In this document: one piece after another, positions 60,201-64,000 of the stretch | Position numbering within the stretch: the first letter of the stretch is position 1 | Layout of the letters: the number at the start of each line of letters is the position of its first letter | From: a virus | Virus record (IMG/VR): IMGVR_UViG_3300032249_000861 | Span: 1-64,000 of that record | Length of the DNA stretch: 64,000 nucleotides | Strand: one strand, 5' to 3' | Made by a program: the position numbers and the translations under genes | The notes under the pieces: model-generated | What the model was told of the DNA's origin: nothing | The model's database searches: none | The model's input: only the letters and a program-made list of their open reading frames with translations

Positions 60201-63200
60201 AACTTTTTTGGAGAAGCATTCGCTGCCGCCGCACAAGAAGCCAGAGCCATAGAAGCAACAAGGGCTCAGATTGAAACCAACGATAAGTTTGTTGTTGACC
60301 AGCCTGATATGATGACAGCTTCAGAGCTTGACCCAATAACAAGAGCTTCTAGTAGGAGGGTTTGGGGATCTGATAAGGCTTTTGAAAATATGCCCAAACC
60401 CAAAATTTCTAGAGAAAAAGTCAAAGCACTAGACACTGGCGAGCCTGACGAGATGACAGCTTCAGAGCTTACTCCTCTACAGAGGGCCGTTATTAATAAG
60501 TCATTCGGACTTGATTCTGATAAAGGTTTCGAATTGCGAGAACAACTTATAGCTCAAAAAAGAGAAGCAGATATACTTCCAGAAGACTTTTTTCCAAACG
60601 GTTCATCAAGAACAGAAACTCCATTATCTTCAGCTAGAACAGAAGCAGAAGCTAAGAATCCTGGTACCGTATTTGAAGGACAGTTAGAAGCAGCATTAAC
60701 CGATGCTTCTTCTCCAGAAGCTTTAAAAGCTTCTGCAGAAGCTCAACAAAGATTAGCAGCACAAAAATTAGCAGCAAAATCTCCAGAACAAATATCTGTA
60801 GAAAAAACATATGGTCCTTTATATAGAGAAGCTAAAAAAGCTAATGATACAGCGGAGATGGCCAGAATACGATTAGAAGCTAATGCAGAATTTAAGAAAC
60901 GCTCTCAAGAAGCTTCTACAAGATCTGAAGATAAAAAGAACAATTTCCTTCCTGTTATGGGTAGGGTCTTAAAGATAGCCGCCCCAATCGGATCAGCTAT
61001 TGGTTATGGACTAGGATCGTTATTAAGTGGTTCTATGGGCAGAAAAAAAGAAGAACCTCAAGATTTAGCTTCTAGGTTAGAAAATGCTTCTGATCTACAA
61101 GAAGTTTTTGATCTTTTAAAACTAGCAGAAAAAGACAAGATAGGAAACCCGACTAATCCTTTAAGAGAAATAGGCGGATCATCCCCACTTATTGCTAAAT
61201 TACAAAAACTAGCTCCAGAAATATATGGTAAAAAAGGTAGTGACTATTTTAGCTCTCAAGACTTAGCAGCTATGCCGGAAGACGCATATAATGAGAATTT
61301 TCTAGAAAGATTAAAAGATAATGCAACATTCGAGAAGATGAAAAGAGAACAAAAGGTAGCTGAACCTGCTCGCTTAAAGAGTGATGAGGCTGCACGGGCT
61401 ACAACAAGAGATCTTATAACGCAATGGTCTCAAGACTTTGCTATGGCGGGTAATGATGTCCGAACTCCTCCAGGTTCTGATCCTAAAAAAGCTAGAAATC
61501 CGTTAAAAGCCATGTCACGAGAAATGGCAGAAAGAGCACAAGAAAGAAGAAGTGGATTCCCCACAGACGATCAAGGAAACGATCTACAGATAGGCACTAT
61601 GATTCCCGCCCCGATATCGGTTTTAGATCGTACAAAAAATGATGCTGCAGCGATGAGAGAAATTGACGAAAAAGATAATAATGCTGCTCCGATGCTGGAA
61701 GTTAAGAAACCAGTAAAGAAATCTCTTGGGGGTTTAATTTATGCGTCGAAAGGAACCTTAGTAAACTACCAACCTCGTGGAACTGACACAGTACCAGCAA
61801 TGTTAACTCCGGGCGAGTTTGTTGTTAATGCCAGAGCAACAGCAGATAACTACCCATTACTAAAAGCTATTAATAGCGGAACTAACGTTGATACTACTGC
61901 TAATATGAGTAAGGGCGGTGTGGTTTATGCTCAAGAAGGAGCATTAGTACCTAGCTTCGGAATGCATATTCCATCTTTAGATCCAGACAAAAATACTAAA
62001 TTAACCCTATTACCAGAAAGCTCTTTAGATCAAGCAAATACAAAAGAAGCTTTTCGAGAATATGGAAACGCTCGACCTTCCTATCAATCAAGACCACAAC
62101 TACCAAAGCCAACTGTTCAATCAGGATCTTTTAAAGAAGGAGTTCATGATAGAAATTCTGTTATAAAAGATAGTGAATATTCTAGAAGTTTAAAGAGAAT
62201 GGGTATTCCACACGTATCACAGAGTGGTGGATCTAAAACCTATTTGGATCAAAATGGCAGAGAAATTTCAGCAAATGAATTTAAACTTTTACCAGAAACG
62301 TCTTTTAATCATCCAGAATATGCAGTCATGCGTAGCAGAGCAGCTTTTGCTGCTGGAGCTGCTAAGTCTGTTGTTCCTCAAATGGGGGCTACGTCTGGGG
62401 CTATAGCAGGAGCAGCTGCCGGAGCCGTATTAGGACCTCCCGGAGTAATTGCCGGAGGCTTGATTGGAGGTTTGACTGGTGGTATAATGGGATCGGCATT
62501 ACAAGAAACAGCATTAGATATAGCAAATCCAGAGGCTAACGCTATAGCTAATCAACTAATGGATCAAAATCCCGTATCAGCAATGGCAGGATCAGCAGCA
62601 GGAGACATTGCAACAGGAGGATTACTATCATTAGCCTTGCCTTCTATACCAACACCAACAAGGGCTGGAGATTCAATGGTTGGTCCCGGAGGACTAACAC
62701 CAAAACAAATAAAACATGCTGAAAAAGGATTAAATAGACCCATATCAGAAGCGATTACTCCGTTTACAGGAATGAAAGGATTTGGAGGTCGTTATGTTGA
62801 CGGTCCAATAAGTGTTGATCAGTTAGTATATAAATCCAGAGACAACTTGGCTGAGAGTATTCATTACTCTGGGGCAGATCCCAAAACATTTGATTCATTA
62901 ACAACAAGATTAACAGAACCTGTTCCTGGAGCTCTTGGTGATTATTACCAGGGACTAAGCAGGATATCTCCTAAAGCTCCTCCAGAACATATTATTGGAA
63001 CAATAGCTCATGAGGCTGGCCATCATTATCAAACAATGAAGGACCCTACTGGAAGATTCGTAAAAACTTGGATGTCAGATAATAGAGATCAAGCAAGTGA
63101 CTGGATTTTAAAAAGAACATCCTCTCCTCAATATCTTGAAACTGCAACTCCAAGAAACCAGGTGAATTATGGAGTTAATGATATGCTGAGTGGGGATTTT

Positions 63201-64000
63201 TATAAACAGAGACAAATGGAACAATTAAGAAAAGAGTTTGGAGAGGATGGTTTTAAGACTTTATTAGAAGACTCGTTAGCACATACTCTAGGGGCTGGTA
63301 AAAAAGGCATAGCTGGAGATGTAAATTCAGCACTAAGATTTGAGTCTCAAAACTATATTCGCGGCAGAACTGGTGGCAGATATGGCGAAGCAGGACTAGC
63401 ATTTGGAGGCGAAGACCTGTCTCGCATAGATCCCGATATAATGGCAAAGGTTGGAGTAAGAGCTCCACAAACCTTAACAGGTCACGACAGAGTTTTAGAC
63501 GCTATGACAAGATATGGTCAGGATAAGGGTTTTGCATTTCCTAATTTTGTAGATAATGCAGAAGTGTCTGGTAGACAAGAATTTCTTACGTCTATGTTCC
63601 AGGATTTAGGAGGAGCAGATAAAGAAGCCAGAGGATTATCTCAAGGATTAGTCAAATTTATCGAAACTAAGGGTGGAGAAGGCGTAAAAATGACTCCACC
63701 GCCACTTCCTCCATCTCCACCACCACTTCCTGTTAATAGATACGCAAATGGCGGAATGGTCAATATGTCTGAAGGTAACAAGATTCCATCCGAAGTATGG
63801 GCAATAGGTACAAAATATACAAATGTTATGTCTCCTGAAGATTTTGAAAAACGCAAAGTCATTAGACCAAAATTATCTGATGATAGTACCTATGATACCC
63901 CCAAGGTTTTTAAAGACTATCACGAAGCACATAAAAAACCTATTAGTATTGATCCAGCATTACTAGATAAACAATCTTCTTTCTCTAAGTATTTACAGTC
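42243..64000 (+). CDS. Giant tape measure protein / multi-domain polyprotein (>7,250 aa, 3'-truncated)
   Basis: ATG at 42243; TP901-type TMP N-terminus (LAQAG...INAVAAAFAV...AETIATGLRTIFTRI); frame open at every point checked, up to the last codons; its absence from the ORF track is consistent with no stop codon in the window. Confidence 0.9.
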   Translation, partial: MATAFNLTAQLNLRGPNNVNKIVADIKKQLTGITANVNLKLDPNVAKNVKAIDYSLKSLNATLSKTTTNAGSAAAAIAAFGKAVNAISIKNVSPQINAAVASMNKLNKSSSNVSQSLTESATEMQEFGKQAGLAIRRFAAFSAVTGVIYSLSNSITQGIQAYIDYDKELVRLQQVTGETAGGLQLLQDSISQLATGFGVSSKELTTVSVTLAQAGLSAKDTERALRALALSSLAPSFDDMNETVEGSIALMRQFGISAGQLEPALGSINAVAAAFAVEADDLITAIQRTGGVFATASKGVSEGTDALNEFIAVFTSVRATTRESAETIATGLRTIFTRIQRGSTIDALKEFGVTLTDSEGKFVGAYKAVQLLSEGLSKIDTRDIKFSRIVEELGGFRQIGKVIPLIQQFSVAQNALKIAQTGQSSLAKDASTAQLSLANQIQKVREEFFALFREIGQSKGFQSLLTGVLTLTRGLIKLADVSKSLLPALSVVLAFKGASALTQFASGFSKGFRPGGGKPEKERPRFADGGQVRYYAKGGHVAGSGNSDTIPAMLTPGEFVINKKAARAVGSKNLNRINRYASGGKVKDLVNDPNGKKSLKKVYDINKDFDSYEDPTIDRVDLDKTYDQYTQQSKQIWLEANKKYKQDLAQGYKPQKGDVPQLANAYIKRETGGLAQNLGFKELREPQTAKKLNKIRGALAENEVKKRYKLGNPLALQDGADFYDAKNDRFVEIKNQKKQLKDSTLISKTLLAFAARKGNKLNNQPDYVPSLKILAVEAPSPDKYDEFEEKKLGGPINKRVKQAVDFKNLHKINGYAKGGPIAANITDTTTSDGDTLNVNFTPEQKPFNTLSRLENWDAFETDDVQGFKIPEWQRKLGRAAAKVTSEEYNKQDDKALKAFRSSNGAMDNYGRPMFKDDNLGSKLKNLGLAMPYKGKGKAPTKQLSTWGDYRNIFGYAPSQAPGLQGEEISEDKAVKKALGGMIQKFEEGGVAQRKVGYIDYDVIANEANKDIVEKGMKETGSDGPRIYSDYLTKLAVNARKSSSIQKLRAIYGVAGSGKTTLARGQGTDNARLRKTERFPILSPEDIQKATEILILTSSVSQTKMDDFFGDVDRAYTLSSTTDAERSRVRDQRGSRDVTGIGLEGRQPGTTMGVSADTAVGEALLSDKLGAKSTVLGRSGSGRLRRKSGNELVDIVKKRIGFTWGGFAPTTAGHESIMDAAAAMGIPPEDFIALVGANEAVDASSYRTAIFDQDSRVLLAKAGFGAKGATVLPKPRDFEVPQGFDITQQGSDRRQVLIPSQGSTAFVADKTEDQTAKYRQAGYDVKNIERTGGISGTMVRDLIIAGDMAKLQSVLSPGVYDLVSNNIGRIQNRASVLPSLIEQAQKEAQAEMGQVDQQIEALGIKRIDSKKLESDPEYAAKVEVLKELRAKKQKIKSAAGFTPYKLLDALAEKDPQNYALDFSTSSNLGNVPDMRVMGQNSQASIPAGRVAQLAQEKNKSIQDVILEQLGGLGGPAGVKKILGIGSGDRTLSSLLQAGNIKGGKGLDEAADYVNRALAARGIRDAAEAKRLEEYQAKALHFGIAGLLPMDYSKEFEWDIGGTDVYATARGFGSTYLEEAKQMQKESSELAQRFAENVQNKNIFGGGEKLAFDFDKTLVEDADILDAKGKPDIAKYSNREAVQEALKSARPTRLATKLKSLIEQDPPFIKKTRILTARPQSTADLLAQSLQSFGLPYAETDITGVSGGVSSNIPALKAANLQKEEKLIDDSLDNIMAVRKAGKKGFQYTEPKSTTSELDEKMGQGNIEGAIIEKALAVLGAPVRPDAKQNRAIDYPDGLGSASQFFPGIDPGIPTEVKRTIDGSSLEKVREEIGRYITGGAQAVKLARGGAVQSFMAGGAATKTRKTKEPFGTGETEFPTRISKKYAEEQKTADEFAKSKLAWDKYPKDERIMVDDTKVQEAYQQPFDRERFASSFKEKISRDSLFQRMSDFAKFVGLPEEDLSVALPLQLDFGASKRGGGLGMFAAAQFEKGATGIRPYEGYDLSKFGYGEKQKQEAYGLEKLITAKEKEIAKIRKTPTETYDDGSFSFDSEAFQKTSIELDSLKNRLFKLKDLKRDAEKAALSEQNTTSSAAGRGTISFASSMGYSSDTKNSTLYHEMTHQLFQGLRTKSAGSFDKYRDRVSSLFSGDNDDLADAFDSLTAGGGYSSADVVYGRSYKSNNLSQILSSYYRQNLDFSRSAATIPQDTTKNLASLSTQSTAAKRAREYRPINPRVNEALLQAGDKFGMTQEKIDRMEDNGKEEFLTTLMEKAPQLDQNLQGILDSTLTELLSGAGIQRQKYAAGRKVDYESGVGVSPFGGSISKRLSESVYNLQKGTGLSDPEFNEIKKTADTYGYNEEEFKEYLAKRIQEKKNKQGLRASPSALAQQLMQQKTVSTPKQLALAETLKGEPDAGYRPIPTAAERIASDRMAVQNATRRFASGGTVSALVSNGEAYVPPKIAKRIGYGNLNRMNQADRNGMSKFSSGGISVFKGPGTGTSDSIPANLPVGSFIIREKATKALGLNKGGAVPAQRFATGGSVTSMIMEWLSSDMTAGTKPKMPQRPDIVSRATVTASSDTTKELDNLVKSLNAVGFSAKESADILNRGGQVSYKTIEKALVKDIERLKKSTAGIDQITQAETTLARIRNQTKKDVGSKQKMEEAFRGSGRSSGSVQQEIYSTAMSMGEQNIEAKEAARRKKIPQIEKRERKKLIESKREDFIEKEYKNQVAKEQKTKGRKLTSTEKDKVRSDAELKGNTKTFKLTTEEKTNVKATAQAKTTLSAEERTKEYNKAALRATTSVTGASKSELAAKNVKGSDILRYAQESMRDRKTLAEMDKQFVAMAMDEYKNRGTVNGIVVKSAAEAKKAAEEEISKRREAINARASQNGEKGVGAAGLRDYRNSPILNQIKGFIKSPGRVMGGVSVAAGLAAGSSDMIAKNMYDMSTTEGQGKAAKTSAAIQSSGTILSTGLAAASQMATIPVIGPYVAALTAVGTAAAAAADYFYDFTGAQKAATVEFERSVRAKEIGIAMDGLDRAFQNFEKDMGNIDLQNALEKSLGGASSLQIKDNMAERDNAKAEFSLKNRSWSDIFSGNFKGSAKMDALQQGAMDSEMSQKITPIADKAMSLYEKQISSGKSIQDIVNNVRTGNKEAGAAGFAVAASVNPKLWSELEAKIAKSGDTSEQNREKIQKEIAARELLTNVQLQSIERMAKLNKEMDAADRAGRRLAETFEHIGETIDQSIQRMQRESQIRQAQANDRVEARRGNAGFDERAVNNRNVGVLTSPKAYQNDPGRIEEAIRAGTTGMSPELAQKMAGGARLEATLPNVMRNAVSSELKTNANLDLAEAADAARKKGTEAIQRSGLSEADQKVAIDKLNTKLNSEQEKAQKEGGDSPRQKVDFFIDSVSELGPEIANIFGNAGKRLDDIIQARQGIYDTFAKNLQAASEAAKKAREFFSKARDIRYNAGMDLREAQTGVGESYAEAKAKSDSSIARLTGGVTDPQAIGRNIDALTARRDQQMKARDAAASDPNLTPKQQEDAAIKFAKDIQATNNALNDNREALDKLANSAEVAQKALDEVKNIRGLQQDRENFVNQLLTNTPAEADKLNQSFIRLQRNLSGGLNNASNQRDARNAFNDTLRRTGNLREATRAGNTVLADQRKQTLQLMQDPGFRGMMTLNMKNQGMNDQQIDKKFRDQESMLMQQMAVESGMINNPMVRQALAAKQDPNADPAMKRAAEQFLQSTGLQAKATEEQGRLELANVQSLLITSTDDLRTSIDALTTSINASLGPDGERVPGAVGPMVPVPAGARGAGPIGRPIRRATGGKVNTQYASTGKLIDFSPKGTDTVPAMLTPGEFVVNAKATADNYPLLKAINNGTNLVGNTAMMSKGGVVYLDNGGLIDEFRRIDSNSSNFLEVGEIDLKMMQLLDTDKDNKVSFREYSARAKSGGSGSSRSGQRSPVNSSFKADNLSFKAYSNAREEKYSKRYEGTRDRFPRETEKFSSGGLVTPYYLQDGTEKPLSKRPFMVKMEKPEDPLEAAERRRARALKASHPEITRVRQPSLVPGDPRALRHKESFYRLDVNSDGVLDAKEGRPHPELDRDLDRRITLEEWDGIDPGEFDPDDSSHVLRDSKGNPLTPGLMGSPFEKRHRSLMASVAMDEEKLAKGEPLVDSNGKPIDLASKRKELAIFNAQSGLYNTSQSLIARQKNIDDSLTKRLTGGGSLRNPDSSYAVTREFNKIRDRRSAFEEERRGQRAKDENATDEEIFDRTVEAYGQGDSDYWRSMGVTEAPNSYDESNTLNFIRSGDRLASRGDPYGDKARAYIDGYIASQGARQQQDRVDIGMGRPTISPDKAVVGTQGPVDDLNYLIDRNEVGRAVKYKAEQAKTEEENKQRDDAQVKQAEKQASLEKRDKELGIDTSGINRDIYESGGGFSNQPGSGRKVTVEEQTQRKRERAIADRFSFTDKTGKYSTAGTIDKVDFEKGTVKIAKMDPKTGEPITRTVPVFAGGETEEAIKASGRDPRRFKVGEKEEQVYTTVPLDKLSDKSRDKVRSYGLEKEADKAKTGENFTVGTSFEDYKGKIFRVDEKSEKVIVQKEDGKLVSVPMGIIDPETKNIALDQAKTATTVTDLTQKQMDADIGNIDFTSSLPEPQVPLIEDFTDRANEVRQETMNNAALEQTKMDQLPVMSEPVPTSGTIDPLTGKVVGNNVSMDLNPDGTRTPEQLNILNQQATRDADRRNSNARYEELRARSKAESSYDRSWFGENWPKEWGGVSKPEKRLTRKELEELGAMESERGVPALSRLGANTRVEQTRRNAGLDEAQIESLSQQKTEQFKAELEKKNDAEGGVAVGLAAQRAVVPLLAGATAVAAAPALVPAGVIGAGLTIAGGVGFSLGANKLQDVALEGTDFDKRQKELAEKRPGATAVGSLLPGLLTGNPLTGATTLRQALATRAASGATEAALGAGIRGATSGGDFGTVQDVGMDFISGAILPSPNFGGKGSKNYNIPEGPAKPKTEAVALKELAKTVKAEQRAITEENVLDGAEILATKRKQEEVRRAAQEKQRVRDEAEAVKESGREKAVFDVFTIGGRLSDDNIASALKSAKEKTVTGTKLLTGKVTGKPRGDLIEQNPTLASRLGVSTPGLDAVKNGQNITAKDLVAKLKDEGFSEEYAKKVSRERTLKMVSDLATERSKRKDESIQQVASEYKDAVTGVEDPNKRAKIKAKFQTRLQKELSSIVSDTNDRAEAFDSGMTVQELKKQRAAEAQAKDKAESDKLIQEFDSTLGSSKPITIDNPPIGEPLDLGVDPLAPITSARDNAATTAASTKPISTEEQSPVGETTIPQPNKDAADTVTAGTKPVDAATVAAKNQTVVKAAEQENTSSLQTSAIPQPKPYNPTDYPIMDSIMRGGKNGHYGPMGTTNITGKQNIHGISGWKTRLIPKDDASAAKIKEFLDTHPDIGSYKLALNEGPVPVFSVYFKKGTKDEALSFAQASEKGLKDSLDPRLYQGADTLLEGTNISARFDARDLKNKSASSIIDRQLENSPFSRGFLKAEELNLQILPSNTAPGSTASRAMPNITAGTRGVPDTGYVDWLKTKKFLAKDPKKIASLDAEIQRATNVADDWLKENMSDIYSASAERTARESTGPQQQAVVETATRDATSRPTKSGFVRDKSLPINEVDDLASAGFGVISPDQEVESVIRGARENFLGSLTKPAALLQPETYQKYADQLLELEKSGKIKITKGASFGTSGQPSIFVGKPENVDILAKAFESETARTRETRGSTSNEFKETVGKALGYSKDSIALHILEKDWDKAGLDIDTIQDRLQVSRGAAARYMVSEINKAKEQASVEQGVKESINPPIKDPITGDEFELGPGDDFQLGGLGEDPLAPAPIIKPENVLPEARAESEARRAETATSRTKSSIVDEDEFVLGDMEDDSTVVAVEPDDGSNFFGEAFAAAAQEARAIEATRAQIETNDKFVVDQPDMMTASELDPITRASSRRVWGSDKAFENMPKPKISREKVKALDTGEPDEMTASELTPLQRAVINKSFGLDSDKGFELREQLIAQKREADILPEDFFPNGSSRTETPLSSARTEAEAKNPGTVFEGQLEAALTDASSPEALKASAEAQQRLAAQKLAAKSPEQISVEKTYGPLYREAKKANDTAEMARIRLEANAEFKKRSQEASTRSEDKKNNFLPVMGRVLKIAAPIGSAIGYGLGSLLSGSMGRKKEEPQDLASRLENASDLQEVFDLLKLAEKDKIGNPTNPLREIGGSSPLIAKLQKLAPEIYGKKGSDYFSSQDLAAMPEDAYNENFLERLKDNATFEKMKREQKVAEPARLKSDEAARATTRDLITQWSQDFAMAGNDVRTPPGSDPKKARNPLKAMSREMAERAQERRSGFPTDDQGNDLQIGTMIPAPISVLDRTKNDAAAMREIDEKDNNAAPMLEVKKPVKKSLGGLIYASKGTLVNYQPRGTDTVPAMLTPGEFVVNARATADNYPLLKAINSGTNVDTTANMSKGGVVYAQEGALVPSFGMHIPSLDPDKNTKLTLLPESSLDQANTKEAFREYGNARPSYQSRPQLPKPTVQSGSFKEGVHDRNSVIKDSEYSRSLKRMGIPHVSQSGGSKTYLDQNGREISANEFKLLPETSFNHPEYAVMRSRAAFAAGAAKSVVPQMGATSGAIAGAAAGAVLGPPGVIAGGLIGGLTGGIMGSALQETALDIANPEANAIANQLMDQNPVSAMAGSAAGDIATGGLLSLALPSIPTPTRAGDSMVGPGGLTPKQIKHAEKGLNRPISEAITPFTGMKGFGGRYVDGPISVDQLVYKSRDNLAESIHYSGADPKTFDSLTTRLTEPVPGALGDYYQGLSRISPKAPPEHIIGTIAHEAGHHYQTMKDPTGRFVKTWMSDNRDQASDWILKRTSSPQYLETATPRNQVNYGVNDMLSGDFYKQRQMEQLRKEFGEDGFKTLLEDSLAHTLGAGKKGIAGDVNSALRFESQNYIRGRTGGRYGEAGLAFGGEDLSRIDPDIMAKVGVRAPQTLTGHDRVLDAMTRYGQDKGFAFPNFVDNAEVSGRQEFLTSMFQDLGGADKEARGLSQGLVKFIETKGGEGVKMTPPPLPPSPPPLPVNRYANGGMVNMSEGNKIPSEVWAIGTKYTNVMSPEDFEKRKVIRPKLSDDSTYDTPKVFKDYHEAHKKPISIDPALLDKQSSFSKYLQ

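Noticed and set aside
60300-60530. Short internal duplication QPDMMTASELDP / EPDEMTASELTP
   Set aside because: Real but only two copies within a low-complexity linker; no function can be inferred.
42815-63862. Many minus-strand and short plus-strand ORFs in the track
   Set aside because: They are shadows of the single long +3 frame; the translations have antisense-type S/L/F-rich composition.
1-64000. Stop-codon reassignment, tRNA genes, integrase, reverse transcriptase, tail sheath
   Set aside because: Genes are intact in code 11 with TAA, TAG and TGA all used as stops. None of the others was recognisable by eye, which is not a substitute for a tRNAscan or HMM search.

Overview
This is a 64-kb segment of a large tailed-phage genome. 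The host is probably a planctomycete, inferred from SHD1-like and FGE-sulfatase-type domains. (1) 1-6.1 kb is a minus-strand array of small 'early' genes. It is split into cassettes by eight copies of a strictly spaced 78-bp element: a 25-bp palindromic box, a 28-bp GC-rich core and a second 25-bp box. Most cassettes carry overlapping sigma70-like and sigma28-like promoters. (2) 6.1-13.4 kb holds nucleotide-sugar genes (glmS, fcl, gmd), a phage sigma factor, a probable small terminase, and HNH and ERCC4 nucleases. (3) 13.4-42.1 kb is the morphogenesis module: TerL, portal, protease/scaffold, capsid, fibres/adhesins, neck, three tandem tail-tube paralogues and chaperones. A shared late-promoter motif GGTGTATWA(A) precedes these genes. 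(4) A single frame opens at 42243 and runs off the window end (>7,250 aa); it is missing from the ORF track. It begins as a TP901-type tape measure protein. It then carries a string of enzyme-like cargo domains: PD-(D/E)xK and SNase nucleases, P-loop kinase, HxGH nucleotidyltransferase, HAD phosphatase, two HExxH peptidases, EF-hands and SHD1. Paired [FYLMKR]-x-x-GG motifs separate many of these domains. The two strongest candidates for undescribed systems are this GG-punctuated tape-measure polyprotein and the 78-bp cassette array. All calls come from manual reading and motif recognition; no searches were run.
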